This document shows positions 20,822-31,812 of a stretch of 64,000 nt of DNA, piece by piece. The translations under genes and the position numbers were made by a program. A model generated the notes under the pieces. That model was given only the letters and a program-made list of their open reading frames with translations. It ran no database searches and was not told where the DNA came from. Positions within the stretch are counted from its first letter, which is position 1, and each line of letters opens with the position of its first letter. This stretch comes from Spirochaetia bacterium. Lineage in GTDB: Bacteria > Spirochaetota > Spirochaetia > CADAEX01. The stretch lies in assembly GCA_963662795.1 (NCBI GenBank), contig OY759746.1:2016001-2080000 (forward strand). Reading direction: 5' to 3'.

Positions 20822-22531
20822 ATGAAGAAAAATTCATTATTTTTAGGTGAAACAAATGATACAGACATTAATCTCATAATTTCAGAAAATGATTATAGAC
20901 CTGCTATCTTAAGCTTAAATAATAAACATTTTCCCAAAATAATTCCACAAGACGATCAAATAATGAAATTATTAAAAGAATCACAGAATAAATATAAGGA
21001 TTCAATACGATTCGTATATAATAATCGTAGATATTCAGCTTTAAATAATCAATTTGATTTTTCTGTAATATACGCAGAAACAATTATTGAAGCAGATATA
21101 AATAATATTGAAGATATACAAATTCAAAGTGTTCGATATTATTTATCTAATTTTAATCGTTATATTTTAGATGGCAATATTAGCAATAAATTTGAGAATA
21201 GTGAATTTACTCGTAAAATATCAATGCCTGAATTTAGTACAAAAATTAATTATAAGAACTTAGAAGTATCTATTTTCAACAAATACTTATTTGATACAGA
21301 AAAGAATGATAGAAAATTTAAGATTGATGAGTATCCAGTAATAGAATATAGAACCAATGATAAATTCGAATTTTATGACATTGTATCATTTTCACATGAT
21401 TTGAGCATGATTTTTACTTATTTGACAGGATATGAATGCTATCCTATGCATATTTGGGTTAGTGATGATAATTCGTATTATAGATCTTTATATAAACCTG
21501 TACCTACAATAAGAGACATTAACATTGTTACTTCTCATGAATTTATTTTCAAATTTAAAGATCTTTGTGAAAAAAATGATTTCTCAAAAATATTTACAAA
21601 TTACTATTCAAATGAGCGATTTATAAAGTTTAAAAAACTTTATTCAAGATTTTATTATTTATACTCTTCTCAAAACGAATGGGAATATGAATTGCTTGGC
21701 TATTTAAGTGTTTTTGAGAAGTCTATTAGTAATATACAAAAGTATAAATATATTGATATAGAAATTAAAAAAAATATAATTGATACGGTAAAAAATAGTT
21801 TATTGACCGAATTTAAAAAAAATAGAAATATTGATTATGAACCCATAGAAAAAAGCGTTTTGAATTATAAAGAAAAATTAACTTACCAAAAGAAGCATTT
21901 TTTAACTTTTAGAGAGAAATATTTAGTTTGGATTGAAAACTTAGATCAAACATTGAATTCTATATTCAGTTTTGATGAAAGAGAGTTTAAAATAATAAAA
22001 AAATTAAGAGATGATATTGCTCATTCAAATTCGATTGATTATTCAGATTATGATATATCTAAAATATTTGAAATAATTGAAAAAATGAAACTAATATTAT
22101 TATATCTAATATACACCGATTTGGGATTCGATCTTAAGAGAATAATTTCGAATTTACATTCAACAATGAATCCTATATTAAGAAAATCCAATATAGATAA
22201 AGTAGCATTAAAACGGGCTAGTGGACGAATTCCATTTATTAAAATAAACAACCATGATTTTAAGTATTTCGCAGAACATAATTTAATGTATCTTGTTGTG
22301 GAAAAGAAAACAGAAAATACAGATATCAATTATTTAATTAATAAATCGTTTACAGAAAACGTTAATAATTCATGGATAAATGATGACGGTAAACAATTTC
22401 ATAATATACGTGACTTTTTGAAGGATTTATATAAACCTAATAATATAGAAATCAACTTTTCTTCTGGTTATGTAGAAACAAAGGATGGTTTGTTAAAAGA
22501 TGTTCATGGATTATGTATTATTGATATTTAA
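20822..22531 (+). CDS. ApeA-like HEPN-domain protein
   Basis: Rx4H motif (RDDIAH) in the helical C-terminal half; size and layout resemble ApeA. Confidence 0.6.
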   Translation: MKKNSLFLGETNDTDINLIISENDYRPAILSLNNKHFPKIIPQDDQIMKLLKESQNKYKDSIRFVYNNRRYSALNNQFDFSVIYAETIIEADINNIEDIQIQSVRYYLSNFNRYILDGNISNKFENSEFTRKISMPEFSTKINYKNLEVSIFNKYLFDTEKNDRKFKIDEYPVIEYRTNDKFEFYDIVSFSHDLSMIFTYLTGYECYPMHIWVSDDNSYYRSLYKPVPTIRDINIVTSHEFIFKFKDLCEKNDFSKIFTNYYSNERFIKFKKLYSRFYYLYSSQNEWEYELLGYLSVFEKSISNIQKYKYIDIEIKKNIIDTVKNSLLTEFKKNRNIDYEPIEKSVLNYKEKLTYQKKHFLTFREKYLVWIENLDQTLNSIFSFDEREFKIIKKLRDDIAHSNSIDYSDYDISKIFEIIEKMKLILLYLIYTDLGFDLKRIISNLHSTMNPILRKSNIDKVALKRASGRIPFIKINNHDFKYFAEHNLMYLVVEKKTENTDINYLINKSFTENVNNSWINDDGKQFHNIRDFLKDLYKPNNIEINFSSGYVETKDGLLKDVHGLCIIDI

Positions 22532-22658
22532 CAAAGCCATGAACAGTGATCGAGTCTTTGGCACAACATCTGCTCACCGCTTCACTCTGAGGTAAATGTA
22601 GCGCCAATTCTTTCGCTTTGCTACAGAAGCGAGTCGGCTCGTTATGGTGACGCTAATT
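22526..22658 (+). repeat. Canonical-type attC site (core GTT changed to GCT)
   Basis: ATTTAAC ... GCTAATT; inverse core matches GTTAAAT at 20799. Confidence 0.7.
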
Positions 22659-22686
22659 ATACTGGAATATTTAGAAAAGAGGAAAA

Positions 22687-22940
22687 GTCCGGCCTTGGCG
22701 GTGCCGTGCGGCCTGGACAAGAAGGGGTCGTACTGCATATAACAGCGAATGACCGGTTCCGGCTGTTTCTAAGGAAACAGCCGGAACCCAAATTGCCGAA
22801 ATAATACATGTTAAGAATAATGGAATAGAGTATAAACTTTTGGAGTGAAAAACACCATCGTCAACTTCGGTCATTCGCGAGACGTTATGTGCAATGAGCC
22901 CGACAAGAGGAAGACGCCCGGACCTCCGGCCGACGGGCGA
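22687..22940 (+). repeat. Composite junction site S15 (4 | gamma | 8)
   Basis: Right arm GTTATGTGCAATGAGCCCGAC. Confidence 0.9.
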
Positions 22941-23009
22941 AGAGATGATATTTTTACTATTATTTCAGTATTAAATGTTATAATCATATAAAAAGAGGTA
23001 ATAAATTAT

Positions 23010-24980
23010 ATGGAAACAATAAATATATCACATGCGAAACTTGCTTCAGGAGCAATAGAAGTTTTTAATTTAAATATCATTCTTAAAAAAGTTAACATCT
23101 TTGTAGGCCCTAATAATTCTGGGAAAAGTAGACTTATTAGAGCTTTGATAGACCCTTTAAAATGTAGTTATGAATATAAATATGATGTTCTTGTTGAAAA
23201 TATATATAGCATTGCAGAAGCTTTTAAATCAATTCCACTTTTAAATGATATAGTAAGTGATGATGCTACAAAAGTCTCTGTTAAAGTATTAACGGAATTG
23301 ATTGATATTTTGAAAAATAATCCAGGAATAATAATAAATCAGAATTTTATAGATGATATAAATAAAATAGGAAATACTTTCAATAATATTACTAGAAACT
23401 GTAAAAGAAATAACCTTAGTATTTATGCTGAAATTAAGAAAGTCAATGTTAAAATAGATAAAAGTAAAAATGAAATATTAGGATTTTGCGAAACAAGAAA
23501 AGATAAAGAAATTAAACGTACTATATATTATGTTCCAACTTTGAGAGGATTACGTACAATAGACTTCTTTGATGTTGCAAAAGACAAAATTGAAGAGTCA
23601 TTTATAAAAGCTCAATTAAATAGAGCCTTATCTTTTAACAAAGATTTTTACAAAGGCCGTACGTTAAAAGATTATTGGTCTAATGATAATAAAGAAATTG
23701 TCTCTTTTAAAGATAACTCTTATAATTACTCTGAATTCGAAAAAAGTATTAAAGTAAATATTTTTACAGGATTAAGTCTATATGATGAATTAATGGCTAT
23801 GATGTTAGGTGATTATTCTGAAAGAGAATCTATACAAGAGTGGTGTCAATTCTTAGGCGATAACTATTTTGAACAAAAGATAAATATAACTCCAAATCTT
23901 AAAGAACAAGTAGTAAAAATAAAGCTTGGAGATGAACCAGAAAGAAGTATTCATGATCTTGGTGATGGCTTACAATCTATTATAATAATAACTTTTCTTA
24001 TGTTTAAATGTAAAAATCAAAATACGCTAATAGCAATTGAAGAACCGGAGCTATATCTCCATCCCGGTATGCAAAGAATTCTAATAGAAAATATGTTAAA
24101 TGTTGAGTTCAATAAGATACAATATCTAATAACTACGCATTCCAATCATTTTTTAGATGTTTTTTATGAAAATAAAGATGTAGTCAATATTTACAATTGT
24201 TATAGAAAAAATAGTAAAATAGAATTAGATAATATTTTGAATACTAAAAAAGGAGAGATTCTAACTAATATAGGTGTAAAACCCTCATCAATATTCTTAA
24301 GTAATGCAATCATAATGGTGGAGGGGATTTCAGATATAATATATTTTCGAAAATTCTTGGATTTATATATGAGTAATGGTGGCCAAAAGAGATTTATAGA
24401 AGATAAACATTATACATTTGTAGAGAGTTCTGGCAACAATATTGTACATTGGGATTTCATTGGTGGAGAGATTAAAGCTGAAACAGTTTTTAAAAATATA
24501 TTTGTAATTGCTGATAGTGACGGTATAAATATAGATGAAATAAGTAAAAAAGATGATGAAACACTTACTCTTAAGGAAAAAAGGATTAAAAAGATAAAAG
24601 AGCTAGAACATAGTTATGTTTTATATTGCAGAGAAATAGAAAATTTATTACCGTGGTCTGCAATAAAAAATTATATTGTTGAAAAAGAATCCTTTTATGG
24701 TGGTATAAAACGTGAAATCAATAAAGACTTAATAGATGATATTGCTAATATGGAAAATGTTCCTCTTGGTGATGCGATACAAACTAGTTTAGAAAAACTA
24801 AAAAGCAATTTAGAAAATAAAAAAGTCTATATTTACAAAACTGATAACGGAACAATTGTAAATAAACTTGAATTTTCTAAAGGTATTATTATGCATTTAG
24901 ATAATTTTGAACAACTAACGGTTGAAGCCCAAAAAGTAACTAAGGAAATTTATAGATTTATAAGTGAAGTTAATAAATAA
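23010..24980 (+). CDS. OLD-like ABC-ATPase plus TOPRIM nuclease
   Basis: GPNNSGKS, LGDG, IEEPELYLHP, TTHS, IMVEGISD, ADSD. Confidence 0.8.
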   Translation: METINISHAKLASGAIEVFNLNIILKKVNIFVGPNNSGKSRLIRALIDPLKCSYEYKYDVLVENIYSIAEAFKSIPLLNDIVSDDATKVSVKVLTELIDILKNNPGIIINQNFIDDINKIGNTFNNITRNCKRNNLSIYAEIKKVNVKIDKSKNEILGFCETRKDKEIKRTIYYVPTLRGLRTIDFFDVAKDKIEESFIKAQLNRALSFNKDFYKGRTLKDYWSNDNKEIVSFKDNSYNYSEFEKSIKVNIFTGLSLYDELMAMMLGDYSERESIQEWCQFLGDNYFEQKINITPNLKEQVVKIKLGDEPERSIHDLGDGLQSIIIITFLMFKCKNQNTLIAIEEPELYLHPGMQRILIENMLNVEFNKIQYLITTHSNHFLDVFYENKDVVNIYNCYRKNSKIELDNILNTKKGEILTNIGVKPSSIFLSNAIIMVEGISDIIYFRKFLDLYMSNGGQKRFIEDKHYTFVESSGNNIVHWDFIGGEIKAETVFKNIFVIADSDGINIDEISKKDDETLTLKEKRIKKIKELEHSYVLYCREIENLLPWSAIKNYIVEKESFYGGIKREINKDLIDDIANMENVPLGDAIQTSLEKLKSNLENKKVYIYKTDNGTIVNKLEFSKGIIMHLDNFEQLTVEAQKVTKEIYRFISEVNK

Positions 24981-24993
24981 ATATAAATGAAGA

Positions 24994-25237
24994 ATCCAGA
25001 CCTAACTCCGTTGAACGGTCTGGATGTCGGGCTCACAGCACATAACAGCGAATGACCGGTTCCGGCTGTTTCTAAGGAAGCAGCCTCCACCCAAATTGCC
25101 GAAATAATACATGTTAAGAATAATGGAATAGAGTATAAACTTTTTAAAGTGAAAGACACCATCGGCAACTTCGGTCATTCGCGGGACGTTATACGAAAGA
25201 CCGCGCCAAGAGAAATGCTCGCCATCCATGGCGAGCA
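24994..25237 (+). repeat. Composite junction site S16 (8 | gamma | 9)
   Basis: GTCGGGCTCACAGCACATAAC ... GTTATACGAAAGACCGCGCC; variant hairpins. Confidence 0.85.
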
Positions 25238-25251
25238 AGAAAGGAGGAGTT

Positions 25252-26259
25252 GTGAACAACCCAATACCAGATAAACTATTAAAAAATATTCAATATTGTA
25301 TTTCACTAAGACCGGTAATTGTATTAGGAAGTGGTTCGTCCTGTCAATATTGCATTCCTGGTATGAAGGAATTGACTGATTACCTTATAAGTGAAATAAA
25401 ACCTAAAAAAGATGATGAAAAAGTATGGCAATCATTTAAAGAATTGATAAGTATTAATAATGATTTAGAAAAAACATTACATAATATTTCATTACCAGAA
25501 GGTTTAGAAAAACAAATTGTTATAAAAACTCATCAATTATTATTAAAAGCAGATAATCAAGTTTTGAATAAAATTATTAATGAAGAAATAAAATTACCTT
25601 TATCAAGATTATTGAAATATTTAAATGCAACCGCAAACCCTGAAATAAAAATTATAACAACAAATTATGATAGAATAGCAGAATATGCAATCGATGCAGC
25701 GTATATAAATGGGTATTATGGCTTTGCTGGCTCATATTTAAAATACTTCAATGGTTTTGAGAATAAGAATTATATTAATTGTATTTTACTCTTAAAAGTT
25801 CACGGATCATTGGATTGGTTTGTAGATAAGAATAGCAATATTCTATCTATTCCAGATTCAATTGTCAAAAATAATGATTACATACCTTTAATTGTTACTC
25901 CAGGTATTAAAAAATATGAACATACACATAATGAACCTTTTAGAACAATTATAACAAAAGCTGATGAAGCATTTAAAAATGCAAATTCTATAATATGCAT
26001 TGGGTACGGATTTAATGATATTCATATACAACCAAAATTATTAGATAAAATTAAAAAAAGTAAAATACCAATATTAATAATAACAAAAGAATTAACAGAG
26101 AACACAATTAAATTTATTAAATCGTCTGAACATGAAAATATAATTGCTATAAGCAAGAGTAAAAATGGCTCAATAATTCATCAATCTAGTATCGAAAAAC
26201 ATATTGAAGTTAAAGAGGAAGTATGGCAATTAGCGGAATTGATAAAATACATAATATAG
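25252..26259 (+). CDS. SIR2-like protein (Sir2-HerA defence system)
   Basis: LGSGSS, ITTNYD, KVHGSL, IGYGFND; GTG start after AGGAGG. Confidence 0.85.
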   Translation: MNNPIPDKLLKNIQYCISLRPVIVLGSGSSCQYCIPGMKELTDYLISEIKPKKDDEKVWQSFKELISINNDLEKTLHNISLPEGLEKQIVIKTHQLLLKADNQVLNKIINEEIKLPLSRLLKYLNATANPEIKIITTNYDRIAEYAIDAAYINGYYGFAGSYLKYFNGFENKNYINCILLLKVHGSLDWFVDKNSNILSIPDSIVKNNDYIPLIVTPGIKKYEHTHNEPFRTIITKADEAFKNANSIICIGYGFNDIHIQPKLLDKIKKSKIPILIITKELTENTIKFIKSSEHENIIAISKSKNGSIIHQSSIEKHIEVKEEVWQLAELIKYII

Positions 26260-26268
26260 GAGAAAAAA

Positions 26269-28014
26269 ATGTCATTATTTAATTACAAAGATGCTGACGC
26301 GCTAGGTAAAGTTATTGCTGTTGATACTGCAAGTGTTACTGTTTCTGTAGAAAATATTGAACTATTGCGGAAAATGCAGGTTAACAGATTAGTTGCATTA
26401 CGAAGTTGTAGAGCTGGACAACATTTAATAGGAATTGTGCAAAAAATTATTCGTAGTATGATTAATATTCCAGAAAATGAAAATGAAGAAGAAGTAAATC
26501 AAATCAATGAGAATAATATTGTTAGAATAACATTAATTGGCACTTTCTTCGATAAGCTTTTATCTAAAGAAAATATATTTCGTAGAACTTTAGAAACAGT
26601 GCCAGAAATCGATTCGCCATGTTTTTCAATAGAAGGAAAATTGTTAACTGAATTTATGAAAGCAATATCCTATCAAACAGGATCTCAAGATCAATCATTG
26701 AGTTTAGGTGTTTATACAATGGATGATGATGCCATAGCGTATCTTGATGCTAATAGATTTTTTCAACGACATGCTGTAATTGTTGGAAGTACTGGTTCTG
26801 GTAAATCCTGGACAACTGCACGATTATTGGAACAAGTCTCAGAATTATCTAATTCTAATGCAATACTATTTGATATCCATGGAGAGTATAAAACAATTAA
26901 AGGTGATGGTATAAAACATTTAGGTATAGCTGGCCCAAATGATGTTATCAAAGGGAAAGGATTAAAGGATGGTGTACTTTATTTTCCTTATTGGTTACTA
27001 GGTTATGAAGATATGACTTGTATGCTTGTAGATAGAAGTGATCAAAATGCTCCTAATCAATCTATGGTTTTATCAAGAACAGTTACACAGTCTAAAAAGA
27101 CTTTTCTAGAAAAAAATAATGAAACTGATATACTAACTAATTTTACAATCGACAGTCCGGTTCCATATCTTCTGGAGGATGTATTAGTAGAATTAAATCG
27201 ATTAGATAAAGAAATGGTTCCTGGAGCAAGAGCAGGAGTAGATAAACAGGGTGATTTTCATGGGAAATTAAGTAGATTTATTGCAAGACTTGAAAATAAA
27301 AAAAGTGATCGTAGATTATCATTTATGATGTCTCCACCTAAAGATGTAAATACAATGAATTGGTTAAATGACTTAGGTAATTCTTTATTAGCAGGAAGAG
27401 ATAATCAACCTGAAAAAAAAGGAGGTGTTAAAATAATAGATTTTTCTGAAGTTCCTTCTGATATATTACCATTGGTTGTTGGTAGAATAGCAAGTTTTAT
27501 TTTTTCAGTTCAGCAGTGGACACAGAAAATAAATAGACATCCAGTAGCACTTATTTGTGATGAAGCACATTTGTATATTCCTGAGAGAGTAGGAGTATCA
27601 GGTCTTGCTGATTCCTCTCTTCGATATTTTGAAAGAATTGCAAAGGAAGGAAGAAAATATGGTGTTGGACTGGTTGTTATAAGTCAGCGACCTTCCGAGG
27701 TTAACAAAACAGTATTAAGCCAATGTAATAATTTTGTTGCACTAAGACTTTCAAACGCTGAAGATCAAAATGTTATAAAAAGGTTACTACCCGATAACTT
27801 AGGAGGATTTGCCGATTTATTACCAATATTAGATACTGGAGAAGCTCTTGTTGTTGGTGATTCTAGTTTGTTACCAAGCAGGATAAGAATTTCTGAGCCA
27901 AAGAATAGGCCGGATAGTGGTACAATTGATTTTTGGGATGAATGGAAAAAAAATAATAAAAAGAATATAATATCAGAAGCAATAAAAGCTTGGAGAAAAC
28001 AAAGTATTTTGTAA
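26269..28014 (+). CDS. herA: HerA/DUF87 ATPase (Sir2-HerA defence system)
   Basis: GSTGSGKS, FDIHGEY, CDEAH, IAKEGRKYG, SQRPSE. Confidence 0.9.
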   Translation: MSLFNYKDADALGKVIAVDTASVTVSVENIELLRKMQVNRLVALRSCRAGQHLIGIVQKIIRSMINIPENENEEEVNQINENNIVRITLIGTFFDKLLSKENIFRRTLETVPEIDSPCFSIEGKLLTEFMKAISYQTGSQDQSLSLGVYTMDDDAIAYLDANRFFQRHAVIVGSTGSGKSWTTARLLEQVSELSNSNAILFDIHGEYKTIKGDGIKHLGIAGPNDVIKGKGLKDGVLYFPYWLLGYEDMTCMLVDRSDQNAPNQSMVLSRTVTQSKKTFLEKNNETDILTNFTIDSPVPYLLEDVLVELNRLDKEMVPGARAGVDKQGDFHGKLSRFIARLENKKSDRRLSFMMSPPKDVNTMNWLNDLGNSLLAGRDNQPEKKGGVKIIDFSEVPSDILPLVVGRIASFIFSVQQWTQKINRHPVALICDEAHLYIPERVGVSGLADSSLRYFERIAKEGRKYGVGLVVISQRPSEVNKTVLSQCNNFVALRLSNAEDQNVIKRLLPDNLGGFADLLPILDTGEALVVGDSSLLPSRIRISEPKNRPDSGTIDFWDEWKKNNKKNIISEAIKAWRKQSIL

Positions 28015-28278
28015 TTAAGCTACGCCATCCATGGCGTAGCTTAAAGGCGCGGTCCTTCGTATAACAGAGGATAATTCGCTGCGCTCGGAGTACCTCGCTT
28101 GGCCTTCGGCATATTTTGCTATCATCAAACTTGAATAGTAAAAGTAAACCCCTTTTCAAAGTATATAAAGTAGACATAAATGTTTTAGAGTTTGAACCGC
28201 AAAACATCGCTTATCCTCGGGACGTTATCCACAATGCCCCCACAAGAGAAATCGCCCGGACCTCCGGCCGACGGGCGA
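28015..28278 (+). repeat. Composite junction site S17 (9 | beta variant | 7)
   Basis: Hairpin TTAAGCTACGCCATCCATGGCGTAGCTTAA; GGCGCGGTCCTTCGTATAAC. Confidence 0.85.
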
Positions 28279-28318
28279 GGATAGTAAAAGTAGAATATTT
28301 TACAATAAAAGAGGTTTA

Positions 28319-29641
28319 TTGATGAAAATATCTGAGGTTCTCAGTGAAACCAAATACATTATGTATTTTTTTGAATGCATTAAACTGACATATAAACCAA
28401 AAAAGTTAATATCTTTTGCGGAAAAACAATCTACATCAAATTTATTATTATTTATAGTTTCAGCATATTATTCATTAATTTTTATTATTTTTAATAATGA
28501 TTATTCATTTGAGAAACAAATTAGGTTATCATTTAATTCATTGTTTTTATCATTAATATTTTTACCAAGTGTAATAGCTTCAATTTCGTTTAGAAAAAAA
28601 ACTTTAAGATCAAGAGTAAAAACTGCATTTTATATATCAATAAATTTTATTGTCTTTTATTTATCAATACCCATTACTTTATATATAATATTTATTAAAA
28701 CCGAAAAATATTTTTATTATTATTCATTTTGGATTGGATATTTTATAATTTGGATTTTTTGTATTGTAATTTTTCCAATACTAATAAATACCAGTTACAA
28801 TAGAATATTTAGTACGTTACTTTCTATATTTCTTATAGTGATAATGAATATTACGATAAACCTGATTATTAGTAATGGTGATAATAATATTTTAGAAGAA
28901 TTTGATCCGATAATTTATGAAAATAATAGTAAAAGAGTAATGGAAAATGCTCATATTGATTTTTTATCTGAAAATGGACAAATTATAGTGAGTAGTTTTA
29001 ATAATTATCTTGATACTATGAAATATTATTATCTTGAAAATATAATGATAGAAGAAAAAACAATGGATTTGATAATTAGTAATTTACAAGATATAGAAAG
29101 TAAAATAACGTTTAAAACAAATCAAGAAATAATAAAAACAAGTAAAGAAAAAGCCTTATTGCTAAAAAAAATTATTGTGCAAACAACTCGAATAAAAAAA
29201 ATATCTGATGAATTACCTGAAGGATTAAAAAGAAGTATAGCTTTTAATGAAGAAGCAAATACGATACTTGTAAAAAATAAAGAACTTATTAAAGAAGAAT
29301 TAAGAAAAATACAAGATATAGAAAATAGGATAAAAAATAATTCGAATGAAATAACAAATAAAGAAGCAATTAAAATAAAAGAAGAAATCAAACGAATGAG
29401 TATAAAATCAAAAGAATTAGATGAAGAAATAGAAAAAATTACTGAACTACTAGAAAAATCACAGACTGAAATGGAAAACACAAAAGCCTATATTGATTAT
29501 CTTCAAAAGGTTAATAGTGTTGGAAAAGAAGTAAATATAATAATAAATGATTATAATATTGTTACTCAGAATAGTATTAAAGCAGTTGAAAGAATTAATG
29601 CAATATATAAGATGAAAATATTTTTATGGATGTTTCCATAA
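28319..29641 (+). CDS. Membrane protein with long C-terminal coiled coil
   Basis: About 5 hydrophobic segments followed by an E/K-rich heptad region. Confidence 0.65.
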   Translation: MMKISEVLSETKYIMYFFECIKLTYKPKKLISFAEKQSTSNLLLFIVSAYYSLIFIIFNNDYSFEKQIRLSFNSLFLSLIFLPSVIASISFRKKTLRSRVKTAFYISINFIVFYLSIPITLYIIFIKTEKYFYYYSFWIGYFIIWIFCIVIFPILINTSYNRIFSTLLSIFLIVIMNITINLIISNGDNNILEEFDPIIYENNSKRVMENAHIDFLSENGQIIVSSFNNYLDTMKYYYLENIMIEEKTMDLIISNLQDIESKITFKTNQEIIKTSKEKALLLKKIIVQTTRIKKISDELPEGLKRSIAFNEEANTILVKNKELIKEELRKIQDIENRIKNNSNEITNKEAIKIKEEIKRMSIKSKELDEEIEKITELLEKSQTEMENTKAYIDYLQKVNSVGKEVNIIINDYNIVTQNSIKAVERINAIYKMKIFLWMFP

Positions 29642-29709
29642 TACTTACTATGAAATATTGTATAAATAGGGCATGTACAGGTAGAGTTATTGCTTGACAC
29701 TTGAAAGAA

Positions 29710-29979
29710 GTCCGGCCTTGGCTCCGCCGTACGGCCTGGACAAGAAGTGGGGGCACTGGTGGATAACAGCGGTTAAAGCGCTGCGCTCGCAAGCTCGCTT
29801 GGGCTCCTGCCAGTTGTGCTGGCAGTTCGCCAAACATCGCAGCTTGAAATAAAAGTAAAAGAACTAAACAGCTTGTGGAATAATGTAATCATAAATTGCG
29901 ATGCTTCGCTTAACCGCGGGACGTTATGCTCAATACCAGCCGCAAGAGGAAATCGCCCGGACCTCCGGCCGACGGGCGA
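29710..29979 (+). repeat. Composite junction site S18 (7 | delta | 10)
   Basis: Right arm GTTATGCTCAATACCAGCCGC. Confidence 0.9.
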
Positions 29980-29994
29980 AGAAAACAGGATCTG

Positions 29995-30054
29995 CTGTAT
30001 AATATACTTTATACATAAAAATATACAGTTTTCTAGTTATTAAATATGTTTGAT
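29995..30054 (+). promoter_or_regulatory. attI-like capture segment of carrier cassette 4
   Basis: CTGTATAATATACT...TTTCTAGTTATTAAATAT|GTTTGAT. Confidence 0.7.
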
Positions 30055-30081
30055 TGACCCTATGGGCCAAAAGGAGAAAAT

Positions 30082-31002
30082 ATGATAAATATCAAAGAGT
30101 TAAACCAACTAAGAAAAGATTTTACGACTATTTATGAAGCGTATAAATCTGATAACTCATTAAAACCAAGACTGAAAGAAATTGTCTTCAACTTAGAAGA
30201 AATGCAAAAACAATTTGACATTGAATCTGGCTTTGCAGAGGCTCAGCAAATTGTTCACGATCTTTTAGTTGCAATACCAACAGAAAATTTAGGTAAACTT
30301 GAAAATCGAAAAGCATTAAATATTGCTGAAAATGTTCAAGCCTTGGCTGATATTATACAACCTAATAATGAAGAAAGTATGGAAATTAGCTTGGCTGGTA
30401 TAAGTCCTGGAAGTGCAATCCTGATGTATGATTTTATACAAAAAGAGAAAAAAGGATTGGCTCCATTCGTCAATGTAGAAGAAACAAAAGAGCGAATTAC
30501 TAAGATTATAAAAACAGCCCCTATGTTAATGGAGAAAAATTTCAATAAAACTAAATTTGAAGAATTTAAAAAAGAAACTGGTATAAAAGATGAAAGTGCT
30601 TATGAAATAGCAAAGACTATATTAAAAATTGTACCAGCAACAAGTGATATAAATGATAATATTATATTTTCAATAAATAACGAAAAAGAAAAAATTGATT
30701 TAAATATTGAGAAGGCAGATAGGCTGAATATAGCAAAAGCAAAAACAAATATATATAATATAGTAAAACCTGAGGAGCGTAAAGAATTAGAAGGTAAATT
30801 GGGAATAATGGAAGAATGGGATGTGAATCATAAAATTGTAATTATTGATGTTGATAGGAATAATTATACTGTAAATTATGAGCCAACACAACAAAACCTA
30901 AAAAAAATTAAAGACAATATTGGCAAAGAAGTAAAAATAAGACGTGAAAAGGATCCTGATGATAATAGGCGTTGGATTTTAACTGAATGGGTAAAAAAAT
31001 AG
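30082..31002 (+). CDS. Hypothetical protein
   Basis: 306-aa ORF with RBS AAGGAG. Confidence 0.7.
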   Translation: MINIKELNQLRKDFTTIYEAYKSDNSLKPRLKEIVFNLEEMQKQFDIESGFAEAQQIVHDLLVAIPTENLGKLENRKALNIAENVQALADIIQPNNEESMEISLAGISPGSAILMYDFIQKEKKGLAPFVNVEETKERITKIIKTAPMLMEKNFNKTKFEEFKKETGIKDESAYEIAKTILKIVPATSDINDNIIFSINNEKEKIDLNIEKADRLNIAKAKTNIYNIVKPEERKELEGKLGIMEEWDVNHKIVIIDVDRNNYTVNYEPTQQNLKKIKDNIGKEVKIRREKDPDDNRRWILTEWVKK

Positions 31003-31011
31003 GAGGTAATT

Positions 31012-31812
31012 ATGAGAAGTCATAGAATTGTCCTATTATTATCAGTTTTCTTAATTAGCATCTTTGGAGTTTATTTTTATTTAAATACAAATAGACACCA
31101 ACCAATAAATCTGGTATTAACTCTTGAAACAAATATAAATGATAAATTAGTTATAAGTGAAAAATCATTATCCGAATTGAATCATATAATTAATGAAAAT
31201 CTTATTGTAAAAGATCAGAACAAATTAATTGAAATATTTCAGGAAGAAAAATCAAATTATATAAATTTAATTACTATAATTTCAATTCTGCTAACTGTTT
31301 TTAGTTTATATACAGTCTTAAGTGCTTTTGTTGAAAAAAATGAAATAAACAGATTAAGTCAAGATATGAAGGCTAAAATTGATGAGTATGAAGGTGAATT
31401 ACAAAATGTGTATTTTAATACACTTATATCACATATTCAAAAAGTGAAGGAATCATATATAAATGGTTCAACAAAATGTCTTGAAGACGGATTAAAAGTA
31501 TCTGATTCGCCATCATTTTTGAAGGCTATAAATCTTGATCTTGGTAGTTTGTTTGAGTTTATTCGCAGGAAAGAATTGACACAAAGAATCAATGATAAAA
31601 GCTTTTTTATTGAATATGCAAATCTAACATTTGCACTAATTAAATATGGATTTGATAAAAAATATCTTCCAAATAGTGATTACAATATGAATGAAAATGA
31701 AGTTTTTAGGTTTAGCATTTCAATGTTGCATAATAATATCGATAAAAAGATTTTCAAGGATTTTAAAGAAACTATTAGTCAATTTAAAACTATTGAATGG
31801 GGTCGTTATTAA
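31012..31812 (+). CDS. Hypothetical membrane protein
   Basis: RBS AGGAGG; two hydrophobic segments. Confidence 0.7.
   Translation: MRSHRIVLLLSVFLISIFGVYFYLNTNRHQPINLVLTLETNINDKLVISEKSLSELNHIINENLIVKDQNKLIEIFQEEKSNYINLITIISILLTVFSLYTVLSAFVEKNEINRLSQDMKAKIDEYEGELQNVYFNTLISHIQKVKESYINGSTKCLEDGLKVSDSPSFLKAINLDLGSLFEFIRRKELTQRINDKSFFIEYANLTFALIKYGFDKKYLPNSDYNMNENEVFRFSISMLHNNIDKKIFKDFKETISQFKTIEWGRY

Noticed and set aside
29995-30030. Proteobacterial LexA box in the carrier segment (CTGTATA...)
   Set aside because: CTGT and ACAG are not at the N8 spacing and ACAG is not conserved among the copies.
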